DNA from: Methanothermobacter thermautotrophicus str. Delta H
Lineage (GTDB): Archaea; Methanobacteriota; Methanobacteria; Methanobacteriales; Methanothermobacteraceae
Length of the DNA stretch: 32,000 nt
Direction of reading: 5' to 3'
NCBI RefSeq assembly: GCF_000008645.1
Contig: NC_000916.1
Location: forward strand, 270,001 to 302,000
Shown here piece by piece: positions 9,363-18,415 of the stretch. The notes beneath the pieces are model-generated. The model did no database searches and was not told where the DNA came from. It worked only from the letters and a program-made list of their open reading frames with translations. Both the position numbers and the translations under genes were made by a program. Position 1 is the stretch's first letter. Every line of letters starts with the position of its first letter.

Positions 9363-10792
9363 GTATTCCTCCCCAGAAGGTTCATTAAAAGGGCCCTGTC
9401 CTCCTCTCTGAACTCACGCAGAAGGATGAGGGATATGAGGTAGATTAAAGCTGCTGCGCCTATCACCAGCAGCAGGTTGATCTCCCTGAGGGGGTAGATC
9501 ATCAGGGCCATGAGGGCTGATGCTGCAGCAGGTTTGATGAACTCCCGGTTCAGCTTCACATCCCCATGGGCTTTACCTATATAGTAGAGGAAGAGGATGT
9601 AGAGGAGGAGCTCAGAAAGCACCGTTGCAGCAGCAGCGCCGATATAACTGTAGTATGGTATGAGTATCATATTAAGGACTATGTTGAAAGCTGCACTTAT
9701 ACCAACACTAAGCATCCGGTACCCTTGCCGGTCAATGGAACTCAGAAGGGTCCCTGTTATGGTACTCACAAGCCGTATCGGGATGAAGAGTGCGAGTATC
9801 TGGAATGCAGGCACCGCTCCAGAGTATCCGCCGGCATAGAAAAGGCCTATGAATCTATCTGCAAGGACTAGGCATCCTGCAGCAACAGGGAAACCGGCGA
9901 TTGCAAGGTACCTCGAGGATATCCTTGTGAAGCCACTCAGCGACCCGGCATCCTCCCGGAAGTACCTTGACATGACCGGGTAGACCGCTGCAGACACCAT
10001 ACCAGCCACGATCATGCTGAGGGCCAGAAGAGGGTTGTAGGCAGCATTGTAGATACCCACCGCAACGTCATCCCTGAGAAGGCCGAGAAGAACAGTGTCA
10101 ATCTTAAAAAAGAAGACTGCGAAGAGTGAATTGAGACCGAAGGGCAGACCCATCAGGAGTAGTTTCTTCTGGAGCCCAGTATCAATGGATCTGGAAGGTC
10201 TTATGAACCTTCTGAAGCTCAGGGATGCTGCAACAGCAATATCCAGTATCCCTGCAAATACATAGACCCAGGCAACGACCATCAAACCGTACCCCATGAT
10301 GAGCACACCCAGTCCCAGGGTTACTATGAACAGCCTCTCTATGATCTGGAAGAGTGCAACGTACTCCATCCTCTCCCAGGCCTGGAAGAGTGACAGGTAT
10401 GTGCCTGAAACCGTTAAAAGAATATTGTAGATTCCAAAGAGATACAGGAGGATCGATGCATCACTAGACAGGTTAAAGGTCCACGCCAGGACGGCGATGA
10501 GGACGAATGTGAGGATTGAGAGGGGTATCTTCAGGAACACGGCATTGTTAACATAGTATGATGAAAGATCCCTTTCACGTGCAATCTCCCTTACGAGGAG
10601 CTGGTTAACCCCGAGATCGGTGAAGGTTACAAGTAGTGTTGTGAGGGAGAATGCGAAATTATATTTACCGAAACCGGCCTCTCCCAGGAACCTTGCAAGG
10701 TATATCATGAATACAAATGACATTAGGGCTGTTAATATCTGGGCACTCCCGGTAACACCGATGTTCTTGACTATCCTCTGGACCTGGTTCAT
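9359..10792 (-). CDS. Oligosaccharide flippase (Wzx/MATE-type polysaccharide exporter)
   Basis: 477 aa polytopic protein: IVKNIGVTGSAQILTALMSFVFMIYLARFLGEAGFGKYNFAFSLTTLLVTFTDLGVNQLLVREIARE. 4-bp ATGA overlap with the downstream FrhB-like gene. Confidence 0.9.
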   Translation of the reverse strand: MNQVQRIVKNIGVTGSAQILTALMSFVFMIYLARFLGEAGFGKYNFAFSLTTLLVTFTDLGVNQLLVREIARERDLSSYYVNNAVFLKIPLSILTFVLIAVLAWTFNLSSDASILLYLFGIYNILLTVSGTYLSLFQAWERMEYVALFQIIERLFIVTLGLGVLIMGYGLMVVAWVYVFAGILDIAVAASLSFRRFIRPSRSIDTGLQKKLLLMGLPFGLNSLFAVFFFKIDTVLLGLLRDDVAVGIYNAAYNPLLALSMIVAGMVSAAVYPVMSRYFREDAGSLSGFTRISSRYLAIAGFPVAAGCLVLADRFIGLFYAGGYSGAVPAFQILALFIPIRLVSTITGTLLSSIDRQGYRMLSVGISAAFNIVLNMILIPYYSYIGAAAATVLSELLLYILFLYYIGKAHGDVKLNREFIKPAAASALMALMIYPLREINLLLVIGAAALIYLISLILLREFREEDRALLMNLLGRNT

Positions 10793-11018
10793 ATTTTAGC
10801 ACCTGAAACATGATTAAAGCAGATACAGACTCTGGCTATCCTGAAGATAAACTGGGAACGGTGCGGATCACAGTCGCCATTCAGTATCTGAAGTATAAAA
10901 GCTGTCGCATCATATCTCTGGCTTTTCATTAATATAACTGTTCATGGCCTTTTGGGGATCCTTCATCCCTGGGCCTCAATGACCCTCTCAGCGGCAGACC
11001 CTAACCTCTAAGATTATA

Positions 11019-12005
11019 TCACCCATAGAGTATCCTGCGGGGTTTCTCATTATCAAATCTCCCCCTGAGGCCATCAGAATAAGCGCTCAATATAAATCTG
11101 ACCCTCCTGAAGGGTTTCTCACGGATACCTGTAATTATCTGAGCTGCGACCGATAGGAGGATTGCTCTGACCATGAAAATGAATAAACGTGCCCTGCCCA
11201 TTTCCTTCCTCCGGAGCCATATGGAATTTCTGACACCGTAATACCGGAGCCACAGTTTATCGTAGGGTACCACCGGGATCTCCCTGCCGAAAAGACCCTT
11301 CGTGAGGTTACCCCTCTCCGCGGCTTCCTTGTGCAGAATCAGACTCCCGGGTACCAGGATGATCTTACCGGTACTCCTCAACCTCAGACAGTACTCCACA
11401 TCATCGTAATGCAGGAAGAATTCCTTCCTTGGAAATCCTATCTCCCGGACCGAATCAGAGTTTATCAGGATCCCCACAAAGGATGCATGATCAATTTCAA
11501 GGGTCTCCTCCCTTAAATCATCCTCTGTCACAGGCCTCACAAAGGTTCCGAAGCTGTCGAAGTCAAAGAAGCCCCTGTGTATGTACTGGGGCCTGCCATC
11601 CGGGGAGACCTTGAGGTTGGCAAGGGCCGCAGTATCATCATCCGCATATCTGAGCAGGCCCTGAAGACTATCAGGGAGTGGTTCAGCATCATCATCCATG
11701 AGCCATATCCAGTCGTATCCATCATGGAAGGCTCTCTTCACGCCCTCATGGAATCCACCGGCCCCACCCGTGTTAACGGGCAGTCTGACATACCTGATAA
11801 CGATTTCACTCCCATCAAGGGGGTTCTCAATCACTGCACCGTCCCTGTAACCCCTGCTCCTGAGGAGTTCAGGTGTCCCATCTGTTGAGGCATTGTCTAT
11901 GATGTAAATTGCATCTAAGGGTCCTGTCTGCCTCCGCAGGGCTTCAAGACACTCCACGAGTAAATCCTTACGGTTGTATGTTACGACAACGGCACAGACC
12001 CTCAA
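11019..12005 (-). CDS. Glycosyltransferase family 2 (copy A), galactofuranosyltransferase-like
   Basis: MRVCAVVVTYNRKDLLVECLEALRRQTGPLDAIYIIDNASTDGT; DWIWLMDDDAEP; FFLHYDDVEYCLR. Adjacent to UDP-galactopyranose mutase. Confidence 0.9.
   Translation of the reverse strand: MRVCAVVVTYNRKDLLVECLEALRRQTGPLDAIYIIDNASTDGTPELLRSRGYRDGAVIENPLDGSEIVIRYVRLPVNTGGAGGFHEGVKRAFHDGYDWIWLMDDDAEPLPDSLQGLLRYADDDTAALANLKVSPDGRPQYIHRGFFDFDSFGTFVRPVTEDDLREETLEIDHASFVGILINSDSVREIGFPRKEFFLHYDDVEYCLRLRSTGKIILVPGSLILHKEAAERGNLTKGLFGREIPVVPYDKLWLRYYGVRNSIWLRRKEMGRARLFIFMVRAILLSVAAQIITGIREKPFRRVRFILSAYSDGLRGRFDNEKPRRILYG
11878..12005. repeat. Dispersed direct repeat, copy 1 (5' end of GT2 gene A)
   Basis: About 128 bp, roughly 93-95% identical by eye to 18128-18255 (constant offset 6250). 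Confidence 0.85.
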
Positions 12006-12053
12006 GGCATCATCTCCTCACGCTTAACTCCCTTGCATGTGAAGACAGACCAC

Positions 12054-13196
12054 TCAAAGTATCCTCTCCTCAAAGACCTGGAGGGCCCGCAGGACGATAT
12101 CATCCATGTCATAGTAGCGGTACTCTGCAAGCCTCCCGACCAGTATAAGGTCCTCAAATTCTCTGGCAAGTTCAAGGTATCTTTCATACTTCGCCCGGGT
12201 CTCATCTGTGAATACAGGGTAGCAGGCCTCATTCTCCCCGTCTATGTGTGTGCAGGGGTACTCCCTCAGCAGCGTCGTCCTCCTGGAATCTGTGGGGTGG
12301 AGGTGTTTGAACTCGGTGATCCTGGTGAAGTCATAGTCGTTTGGGTAGTTGACGGTGGCAACCTCCTGGAACCACTCCGTGTCAGCGGATTCGAACTGGA
12401 GGTCCAGGGACCTGTAGGGGAGCTCACCATACCTGTAGCCGAAGAGCTCATCGATCTTACCCGTGAATATGACCTTCCCCCTGAACTCGGAGCCCATGAA
12501 GTGGATCTGCCCATCCCTCAGCTCGAGGACCTCATGGTGGCTGGTGTTGAGCATAAGCTTGATGCAGGGGTGGTCCAGCATCCTCTCAACCATGGCTGTG
12601 TAGCCGTCCCGTGGCACGGCCTGGTACCTGTCAGTGAAGTAGCGGTCATCCCGTGAGAGGACCACTGGCACCCTCCCTGTGACCTCGGGGTCCATCTCCT
12701 CTGGTTTCAGGCCCCACTGCTTCCTGGTGTAGTTGAGGAAGACCTTCCTGTAGACGTAGTCTGCAAGGAACTCTATGTCAGGGTCCCCTGACTCCCTGAG
12801 TTCCAGTATGGGGACCCTGGCACCGAAGCCGTACCTCCCTACCAGTTTCTCCTCGAGCCTCTCAGCCAGTGACTGGGGGAGGAGCATCCTCAGCGAGTTG
12901 AGGTTGAATGGCAGGGGGACCTTTGCCCCGTCTATGAATCCCAGGACACGGTGCTGGTACTCCCTCCATTCGCTGAACCCTGAGAGGTAATGGAAGACCT
13001 CCTCACTGTCGGTGTGGAGGATGTGCGGTCCGTACCGGTGCACCAGTATCCCGTTATCGTCAACCTCATCGTAGCAGTTACCACCAACATGTCTTCTTCT
13101 CTCAACAACCAGCACCCTCTCTCCGAGCTGGCTGGCTATCCTCTCTGCCATGACGGAACCTGCAAGGCCGGCGCCGACAATGATGTACTTGAACAT
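12054..13196 (-). CDS. glf: UDP-galactopyranose mutase
   Basis: FAD-binding N-terminus MFKYIIVGAGLAGSVMAERIASQLGERVLVVERRRHVGGNCYD; HRYGPHILHT; FLNYTRKQWG; RLAEYRYYDMDDIVLRAL. Confidence 0.95.
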   Translation of the reverse strand: MFKYIIVGAGLAGSVMAERIASQLGERVLVVERRRHVGGNCYDEVDDNGILVHRYGPHILHTDSEEVFHYLSGFSEWREYQHRVLGFIDGAKVPLPFNLNSLRMLLPQSLAERLEEKLVGRYGFGARVPILELRESGDPDIEFLADYVYRKVFLNYTRKQWGLKPEEMDPEVTGRVPVVLSRDDRYFTDRYQAVPRDGYTAMVERMLDHPCIKLMLNTSHHEVLELRDGQIHFMGSEFRGKVIFTGKIDELFGYRYGELPYRSLDLQFESADTEWFQEVATVNYPNDYDFTRITEFKHLHPTDSRRTTLLREYPCTHIDGENEACYPVFTDETRAKYERYLELAREFEDLILVGRLAEYRYYDMDDIVLRALQVFEERIL

Positions 13197-13206
13197 GACA
13201 ATGCAC

Positions 13207-14100
13207 CTAAATTTTCAGGTAATTCATTCCTATTGATTCCTTCTCAAGTAGCCACTTCAATTTTTTTATCTCAGCATCATCGGGGGCTGAGAAATCAGGC
13301 ATCTGGAGGTTCAGACTCCGGTACTTCTCAAGTCCCAGCCTGTGTATCCCGAGGACCTCAATGTGATCCACCATGTTCTCCCTGAGGAATCTGATGAGGG
13401 CCCGTATGTTCTCCCTGTTGAATGTGTAGGGCTTCACCGCCGGGAACCTCACTGTGAAGCTGCCATCAGAGATCCTTTCAAAGTTCCTCCTGAAAACCTC
13501 AGGGTCGCCGCCGGTGACCTCCCGGCACCCTGCATCATCCAGTATCTTCACATCAACCAGGAAGAGGTCCACCTCACCCTTTAACTTCTCAACCGCTTCG
13601 CCTGGGGCGAAGAGTGATGTTTCAACTGCTGCGGGGACTTCACCTATCCTGCGGGTGACACTGAGTATGCCATCGGCCTGGAGGAGGGGCTCACCCCCCG
13701 AGAAGGTGACACCGCCACCGGTGGAGCTGTAGTAGTCAAGGTCCCTGAGGATGACCTCTGCAACGTCATCTGCTCCTGTGAACTCACCGTAGACACCCAT
13801 CGCAGCTGAGGGGCAGCTTCCGGCGCACTCATGGTGTTCAGGGAACCTGAATATGTCCCGGGGCTTATCAAGGAAGCTGCATCTCTTCACACATTCAAGG
13901 CAGCCGATGCATTTCTCCTCTTTGAAGTAGACCTCGGGTTCTCCCCTTATATTTTCGGGGTTGCAGCACCAGGGGCACCGGAGGGTGCAGCCCTTGAGGA
14001 AAACTGTGGTCCTTATACCCGGACCATCATGGACGCTGAACCTCTGGATGCCGGTTATCAGGAGTTCATCCACTGTAACCACCATGCTCTGAGTATTCAA
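13207..14100 (-). CDS. Glycyl-radical-enzyme activating enzyme (radical SAM, PflA-like)
   Basis: GIQRFSVHDGPGIRTTVFLKGCTLRCPWCCNPE (CX3CX2C radical SAM motif), ferredoxin-like insert CIGCLECVKRC, GVTFSGGEPLLQ, VDLFLVDVKILD. Overlaps the 3' end of the glycyl-radical enzyme gene. Confidence 0.94.
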   Translation of the reverse strand: MNTQSMVVTVDELLITGIQRFSVHDGPGIRTTVFLKGCTLRCPWCCNPENIRGEPEVYFKEEKCIGCLECVKRCSFLDKPRDIFRFPEHHECAGSCPSAAMGVYGEFTGADDVAEVILRDLDYYSSTGGGVTFSGGEPLLQADGILSVTRRIGEVPAAVETSLFAPGEAVEKLKGEVDLFLVDVKILDDAGCREVTGGDPEVFRRNFERISDGSFTVRFPAVKPYTFNRENIRALIRFLRENMVDHIEVLGIHRLGLEKYRSLNLQMPDFSAPDDAEIKKLKWLLEKESIGMNYLKI

Positions 14101-15994
14101 GGGCCCTCCTGACTATTAACTCCCTGTACTCCTCTGGAAGGTCCCTGAAGTAGGCGCTGAATCCCCAGACCCTCACTATGAGGTCAGGGTAGAGTTCAGG
14201 GTTGTCCCTTGCCCGCAGGAGTACTTCAGGGTCCAGGACATTGACCTGGAGCTGCATAACACCCCTACGGAGACCTGTCCTTATGAGTGCCATGAATTCA
14301 TTCCCTGCACGGTCAAGGAATGGCCTGTCGACCATTATATCAACAACACCCCCATTGAAGGCCTTCAGGTAGTCCAGGGCTGCTGCAAAGTTTAGGACCT
14401 CGGTGTAGGACATGCCGTCAGTGAATTTAAGGGGGGAGATGTGGACGCCGAGGGGTTCACCTGCGTGTCTCCCATCAAAGGATGCCCCGGTGGATTCCCC
14501 CAGTGTTATGTAGACCGGGGAACTTAAACCGAACTTGTATCTCCCCCCGAGTTTATCATGCAGCATCTGGATGATGGTGTTTGTCAGTTCCACCACCTCA
14601 TCCTCGTCCATACCATACCCGGGAGAAATCAACTCGAGGCCCACCCTGAGTGCCTCGGCGGACCTGAAATCATCCCTGAGCACATCTTCAACCTCGGCGA
14701 TGTTCATCGTCTTCTCATCATAGCAGAGCCTCCTGATGTTGAGGAGGGAGTTTATCAGGTTCCCCATCCCCACGGTCAGCACCCCGTTGATGGAGTAGCC
14801 TGCACCATCACAGATATCCCTGGAGTTCCTGATACAGTCAGGGAAGAGGAGTGAAAGGAGGGGTGATGGTTCATTCCTGACCGACTCCACATTCTCCATA
14901 ACATCATCGATGTACCTGTGCAGCTCCTGCCGGTACCTCTCAAGCAGTTCACTGAATTCACCCCTGAACCCGTGGAGGGCATCCTCCAGGGGCTCCAGGA
15001 GGTTCAGATTTGCCAGGTTGTTCTGGTCAGAGGACCTCCCAGGGATGAGTGGCTCCCAGCAGGCAGATGTCGCGTACTCCAGGGCGTCTGATCTGCTGTA
15101 GTACTGACTGAGGGCGTCCACGATGACATCGTCATTGGAGAAGAGGGGATAACCGAGGCCCTCCCTGAGGCACCGGTAGCTGAGCTCCCATACATCATCA
15201 GGTGTTCTGCTGTTAACCCTGAGCACAACCTTGGGGTCGGGTATTCTGAGTTCCAGCATGACCTCCAGGAATATCCGTGTGAGGTCGTTGTATTCCCCTC
15301 CGAGGACAATCACCTGTCCTGTGTCCCCGGGGAGGACGTTGCTCTTGAACTCATAGCAGGAGGAGACGCTCAGGATGAAGTCCCTTATGAGTTCACGGGA
15401 CTCCTCAGGGTCCTCATGGTACTCCTTAAGGATGCTGTCGAGCCTCCCAAGGCCGATGAGGGGGTGCCCGTACATCCAGATGAGGGAATTCATGAACAGT
15501 ATTGACTGCAGTGCCTCCCCCAGGGTTTCTGCCGGCTTCAGGGGCACCCTTCTGAGTTTATCTGCGATTTCAGGTGAGTGCTCAGCGCACCTCTCAAGGT
15601 AGAGCTTAACAGCCCCCAGGGCCCTTCTGAGGATATCCGGGTAACCCCCAGGCTCATCTTCTATCATCTCCTCAATACCCTCAAGGCCCCTCTCAACCAG
15701 GAGTCCGTAGTCAGGTGTGAGGTTTCCAAGGCGCCTGTAACCCTCTGTCTCCAGGACATGGATCCCGGTGTCTATACTGTAGAAGAACCTGTCACCGGGA
15801 TTGAAATGTATGCGGGAGTCCCTGCAGACCTTCTCAAGTTGATGGAGCCTTCTTTCAAGGATGTCCTTTTTGCTGGAGCTGATTATCCTCGTTTTAATGC
15901 AACCCAGGCCCTGCTTCCGGTATAAGGCATGATAGGCCCTTAAATAGGGGAAGAACGGTGTTCTCCTTGCGATCTTCAGCATGGTGTTCTTCAT
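14066..15994 (-). CDS. Glycyl radical enzyme of unknown specificity (pyruvate formate-lyase superfamily, dehydratase/lyase-like active site)
   Basis: Catalytic-Cys motif ATSACWEP (Cys codon 15059-15061) and C-terminal Gly-radical motif VRVWGFSAYFRDL (Gly codon 14162-14164). Adjacent activase. ATGA coupling with the upstream flippase. Confidence 0.92.
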   Translation of the reverse strand: MKNTMLKIARRTPFFPYLRAYHALYRKQGLGCIKTRIISSSKKDILERRLHQLEKVCRDSRIHFNPGDRFFYSIDTGIHVLETEGYRRLGNLTPDYGLLVERGLEGIEEMIEDEPGGYPDILRRALGAVKLYLERCAEHSPEIADKLRRVPLKPAETLGEALQSILFMNSLIWMYGHPLIGLGRLDSILKEYHEDPEESRELIRDFILSVSSCYEFKSNVLPGDTGQVIVLGGEYNDLTRIFLEVMLELRIPDPKVVLRVNSRTPDDVWELSYRCLREGLGYPLFSNDDVIVDALSQYYSRSDALEYATSACWEPLIPGRSSDQNNLANLNLLEPLEDALHGFRGEFSELLERYRQELHRYIDDVMENVESVRNEPSPLLSLLFPDCIRNSRDICDGAGYSINGVLTVGMGNLINSLLNIRRLCYDEKTMNIAEVEDVLRDDFRSAEALRVGLELISPGYGMDEDEVVELTNTIIQMLHDKLGGRYKFGLSSPVYITLGESTGASFDGRHAGEPLGVHISPLKFTDGMSYTEVLNFAAALDYLKAFNGGVVDIMVDRPFLDRAGNEFMALIRTGLRRGVMQLQVNVLDPEVLLRARDNPELYPDLIVRVWGFSAYFRDLPEEYRELIVRRALEYSEHGGYSG

Positions 15995-17253
15995 AGCACT
16001 CCCATCCTTCTGAGTATGATATACTCAATGATTCCGATAATGATTTCGGTGGTGACAACTGCAACCGCGGCACCCGCTGAGCCCAGGAGCATGACAAGTC
16101 CCAGGAGGAGACCGACATGAACCACACCTGCAAATATGACGATCCTCGTGAACTTCTCCTTGTAGCCGAAGGATACCAGCCCCTGGACACCCAGGATGTT
16201 GTTGGCACCGATTGCAAAGATTATGAAGACCAGTATCTGGAGGAGGGGGATGCTCTCATCATAGGATGGACCCGCAAGTATCCCCACGATGAGGGGTGCG
16301 AGGAAGACGAGGGCAACAGACAGCCCGAAGGTCAGGACCCCCATGAAGATCAGCATCTTCCTCAGCTCATACTTCGCCCTTTCACGGTCATCCTTCTGGA
16401 TCCTTGAGAAGTAAGGGTAGATGGCCTGACTTATGGGTGATACGATCCCCTGGAGGGCCCTGGTTATATCCTCTGCCACAGCATAGTATCCAAGGGTTGC
16501 GCTGCTCACAAGGAGTCCCAGTATGAAACGGTTGGATGTGGTGTAGAGGCTTATGGCCAGGGTTGAAATGAAGAGGTGCCACCCCTCAAGGAGCTGCTCC
16601 CTTATATCAGCAGGGGATGGAATCATGAATTTCACACCGAATTCCCTCATGACTATCCTCTGACTGTATAAACCAACGGCCATGAATCCCGCCGAGTTTA
16701 TGAGGGGCACGTAGAGGTAATCTCCGGGTCCCCGCACAGCAAGGAATATGAGTGCGGTGTAGATGAGGGAGCTCACTATCCTCAGGATGCTTATGTACCT
16801 CATCCTCTCAACTCCCTGGAAGAACCAGACCGGGAAGAGGAGGTTGCCCACAACGAGGCCGTAGGTGAAGATGTAGAGGAGGTAATCTGATCTGAACCTG
16901 TCGATCAGGAAGACCGTGACGAGCATGGCCATGAATGTCACTGCCAGGAGGATTGTCTTTGTTACCATAACCGAGCTGTAGATCAGGGACACCCTTTCAG
17001 TGTCATCACGGTGTATTGAGATCTCCCTGGTGGCTGAGAAGTTGAAGCCATAGTCTGTCAGTATCTGGAAGTAGGTTATGAAGGCAACAGCGAAGGCGAC
17101 CTTACCGAAGTTGGCAGGACCCAGGACCCTGGTGAGGTAGGGGAATGTGATGAGGGGGAGGAGGTACTGCACGAGCTGTATACCTGTGAGTGAGATTATG
17201 TTATCCAGGACACGTCGATGTTCGCTGTTTGATAATGGTGATGGTATCTTCAT
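15991..17253 (-). CDS. Oligosaccharide flippase (Wzx/MATE type), second copy
   Basis: LDNIISLTGIQLVQYLLPLITFPYLTRVLGPANFGKVAFAVAFITYFQILTDYGFNFSATREIS; polytopic 420 aa. Confidence 0.9.
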   Translation of the reverse strand: MKIPSPLSNSEHRRVLDNIISLTGIQLVQYLLPLITFPYLTRVLGPANFGKVAFAVAFITYFQILTDYGFNFSATREISIHRDDTERVSLIYSSVMVTKTILLAVTFMAMLVTVFLIDRFRSDYLLYIFTYGLVVGNLLFPVWFFQGVERMRYISILRIVSSLIYTALIFLAVRGPGDYLYVPLINSAGFMAVGLYSQRIVMREFGVKFMIPSPADIREQLLEGWHLFISTLAISLYTTSNRFILGLLVSSATLGYYAVAEDITRALQGIVSPISQAIYPYFSRIQKDDRERAKYELRKMLIFMGVLTFGLSVALVFLAPLIVGILAGPSYDESIPLLQILVFIIFAIGANNILGVQGLVSFGYKEKFTRIVIFAGVVHVGLLLGLVMLLGSAGAAVAVVTTEIIIGIIEYIILRRMGVL

Positions 17254-17313
17254 TCAATCATCCTTTCTCTGATGAGTTAATCCCTATGAGGAATGCCGGG
17301 ACCTCCAGAAGTG

Positions 17314-18255
17314 TTAGAATTCTCCCGGCTTCACGGTTTTTCCCCTTTTGAGAGTATATCCCTCCCAAAAAGCCTTTAAGAGGTATTTGAAACCGGATGG
17401 TTTATATTTAAGGCATTGATAGGTGACGATAATGAGGGTCCGCAGGGGTCTTAAATACCTCACAAGGATGTTCTCTCCATACTTCCTATCCAGATAGATC
17501 ACATTCCTCAGATGATAGAACCCCTTCCAGTTGAAATCTGGCTCTGCAGCCACTTTTTTGATGAGCCTGGCCCCTGATACCATATAAATTGGCCCATAAT
17601 CCCGCAGCCTGATGGCGTAGTCTGTATCGTCTGCAATGATGAAGAGGCTTTTATCAGGGAATCCTATCCTTTCTATGGCTTCTCTCTTTATAAGGAGTCC
17701 CTCAAAGGATATGGCTGATATCTTAAAGTATTCCTCTTTAAGGTCATCATCAGTTATAAAATCGTATGTGAAGTGTTTGAGGGGATTTCTGAAGTTGAAA
17801 GTCTTTGTCTCACTAATGAAGAGCGAACCCTGGAAGAACCTCACAGGAGCAACTGCGGAAACATCTTCAGGAATTCTTTCAGAGGCTTTGAGAAGTTTTT
17901 CAAGGGTATATTCTTCTGGTTCAACGTCATCATCCATAAGCCATATCCAGTCGTATTCATCATGGAAGGCTCTTCTGACACCCTTATAGAATCCTCCGGC
18001 GCCTCCAGTATTTTCATTGAGCCGCACATAGACAATTTTCAGTGACCGCCCATGATGGTCCGGCAAGTTTTTCACGGACCCATCCGGGTCATCTATGTAG
18101 CCCCCCTCCATGAGTAGATGGGGTGTTCCATCTGTTGAGGCATTGTCTATGATGTAGATTGCATCTAATGGTCCTGTCTGCCTCCTCAGGGCTTCAAGGC
18201 ACTCCACGAGTAAATCCTTACGGTTGTATGTGACGACAACAGCACATATCTTCAT
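17314..18255 (-). CDS. Glycosyltransferase family 2 (copy B)
   Basis: MKICAVVVTYNRKDLLVECLEALRRQTGPLDAIYIIDNASTDGTPHLL; DEYDWIWLMDDDVEPEEY; GGAG SD upstream. N-terminal 45 aa near-identical to copy A. Confidence 0.9.
   Translation of the reverse strand: MKICAVVVTYNRKDLLVECLEALRRQTGPLDAIYIIDNASTDGTPHLLMEGGYIDDPDGSVKNLPDHHGRSLKIVYVRLNENTGGAGGFYKGVRRAFHDEYDWIWLMDDDVEPEEYTLEKLLKASERIPEDVSAVAPVRFFQGSLFISETKTFNFRNPLKHFTYDFITDDDLKEEYFKISAISFEGLLIKREAIERIGFPDKSLFIIADDTDYAIRLRDYGPIYMVSGARLIKKVAAEPDFNWKGFYHLRNVIYLDRKYGENILVRYLRPLRTLIIVTYQCLKYKPSGFKYLLKAFWEGYTLKRGKTVKPGEF
18128..18255. repeat. Dispersed direct repeat, copy 2 (5' end of GT2 gene B)
   Basis: See copy 1; similarity drops sharply past codon ~45. 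Confidence 0.85.
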
Positions 18256-18305
18256 TTTTCATCTCTCCATGTTCGAGGATCTGCATTCACTGTCTACTCC
18301 AGGAT

Positions 18306-18312
18306 CTTTTAT
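18306..18312 (-). promoter_or_regulatory. Candidate TATA-like element (ATAAAAG on minus strand) for the GT2-flippase-GRE operon
   Basis: Minus strand reads ...GACTGATAAAAGATCC, about 51 bp upstream of the GT2 start and directly abutting the pentanucleotide repeat. Confidence 0.35.
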
Positions 18313-18347
18313 CAGTCCAGTCCAGTCCAGTCCAGTCCAGTCCAGTC
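18313..18347. repeat. Tandem simple sequence repeat (CAGTC)x7
   Basis: Perfect seven-copy pentanucleotide array CAGTCCAGTC...CAGTC, followed by the related tracts CATCCTATCCTATT. Confidence 0.98.
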
Positions 18348-18415
18348 CATCCTATCCTATTCCTCCCTTAAACCTACAGCAGTAAAAATCTGTCGCACCC
18401 CACATCATCATACGA

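Noticed and set aside
8447-9443. Plus-strand ORFs antisense to the FrhB-like gene
   Set aside because: No recognisable domains, low-complexity translations and no SD. They arise from high GC content opposite a well-supported CDS. The same applies to antisense tracks across 9.5-17.9 kb and within the CobN-like and kinase genes.
12033-12656. 207-aa plus-strand ORF
   Set aside because: Fully antisense to the well-supported UDP-galactopyranose mutase. The translation mirrors coding bias and has no domain features.
15004-15309. 101-aa minus-strand ORF
   Set aside because: Out-of-frame shadow inside the glycyl-radical enzyme gene.
14066-15994. Annotation as pyruvate formate-lyase (formate acetyltransferase)
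   Set aside because: Superfamily membership is clear, but the active site lacks the Cys-Cys pair (it reads SACWEP), the protein is short for PFL, and the neighbourhood is glycan biosynthesis.
18313-18350. CRISPR-like array
   Set aside because: Contiguous 5-bp tandem units with no spacers, so it is a simple sequence repeat. No cas genes or spacer-repeat structure were seen anywhere in the window.
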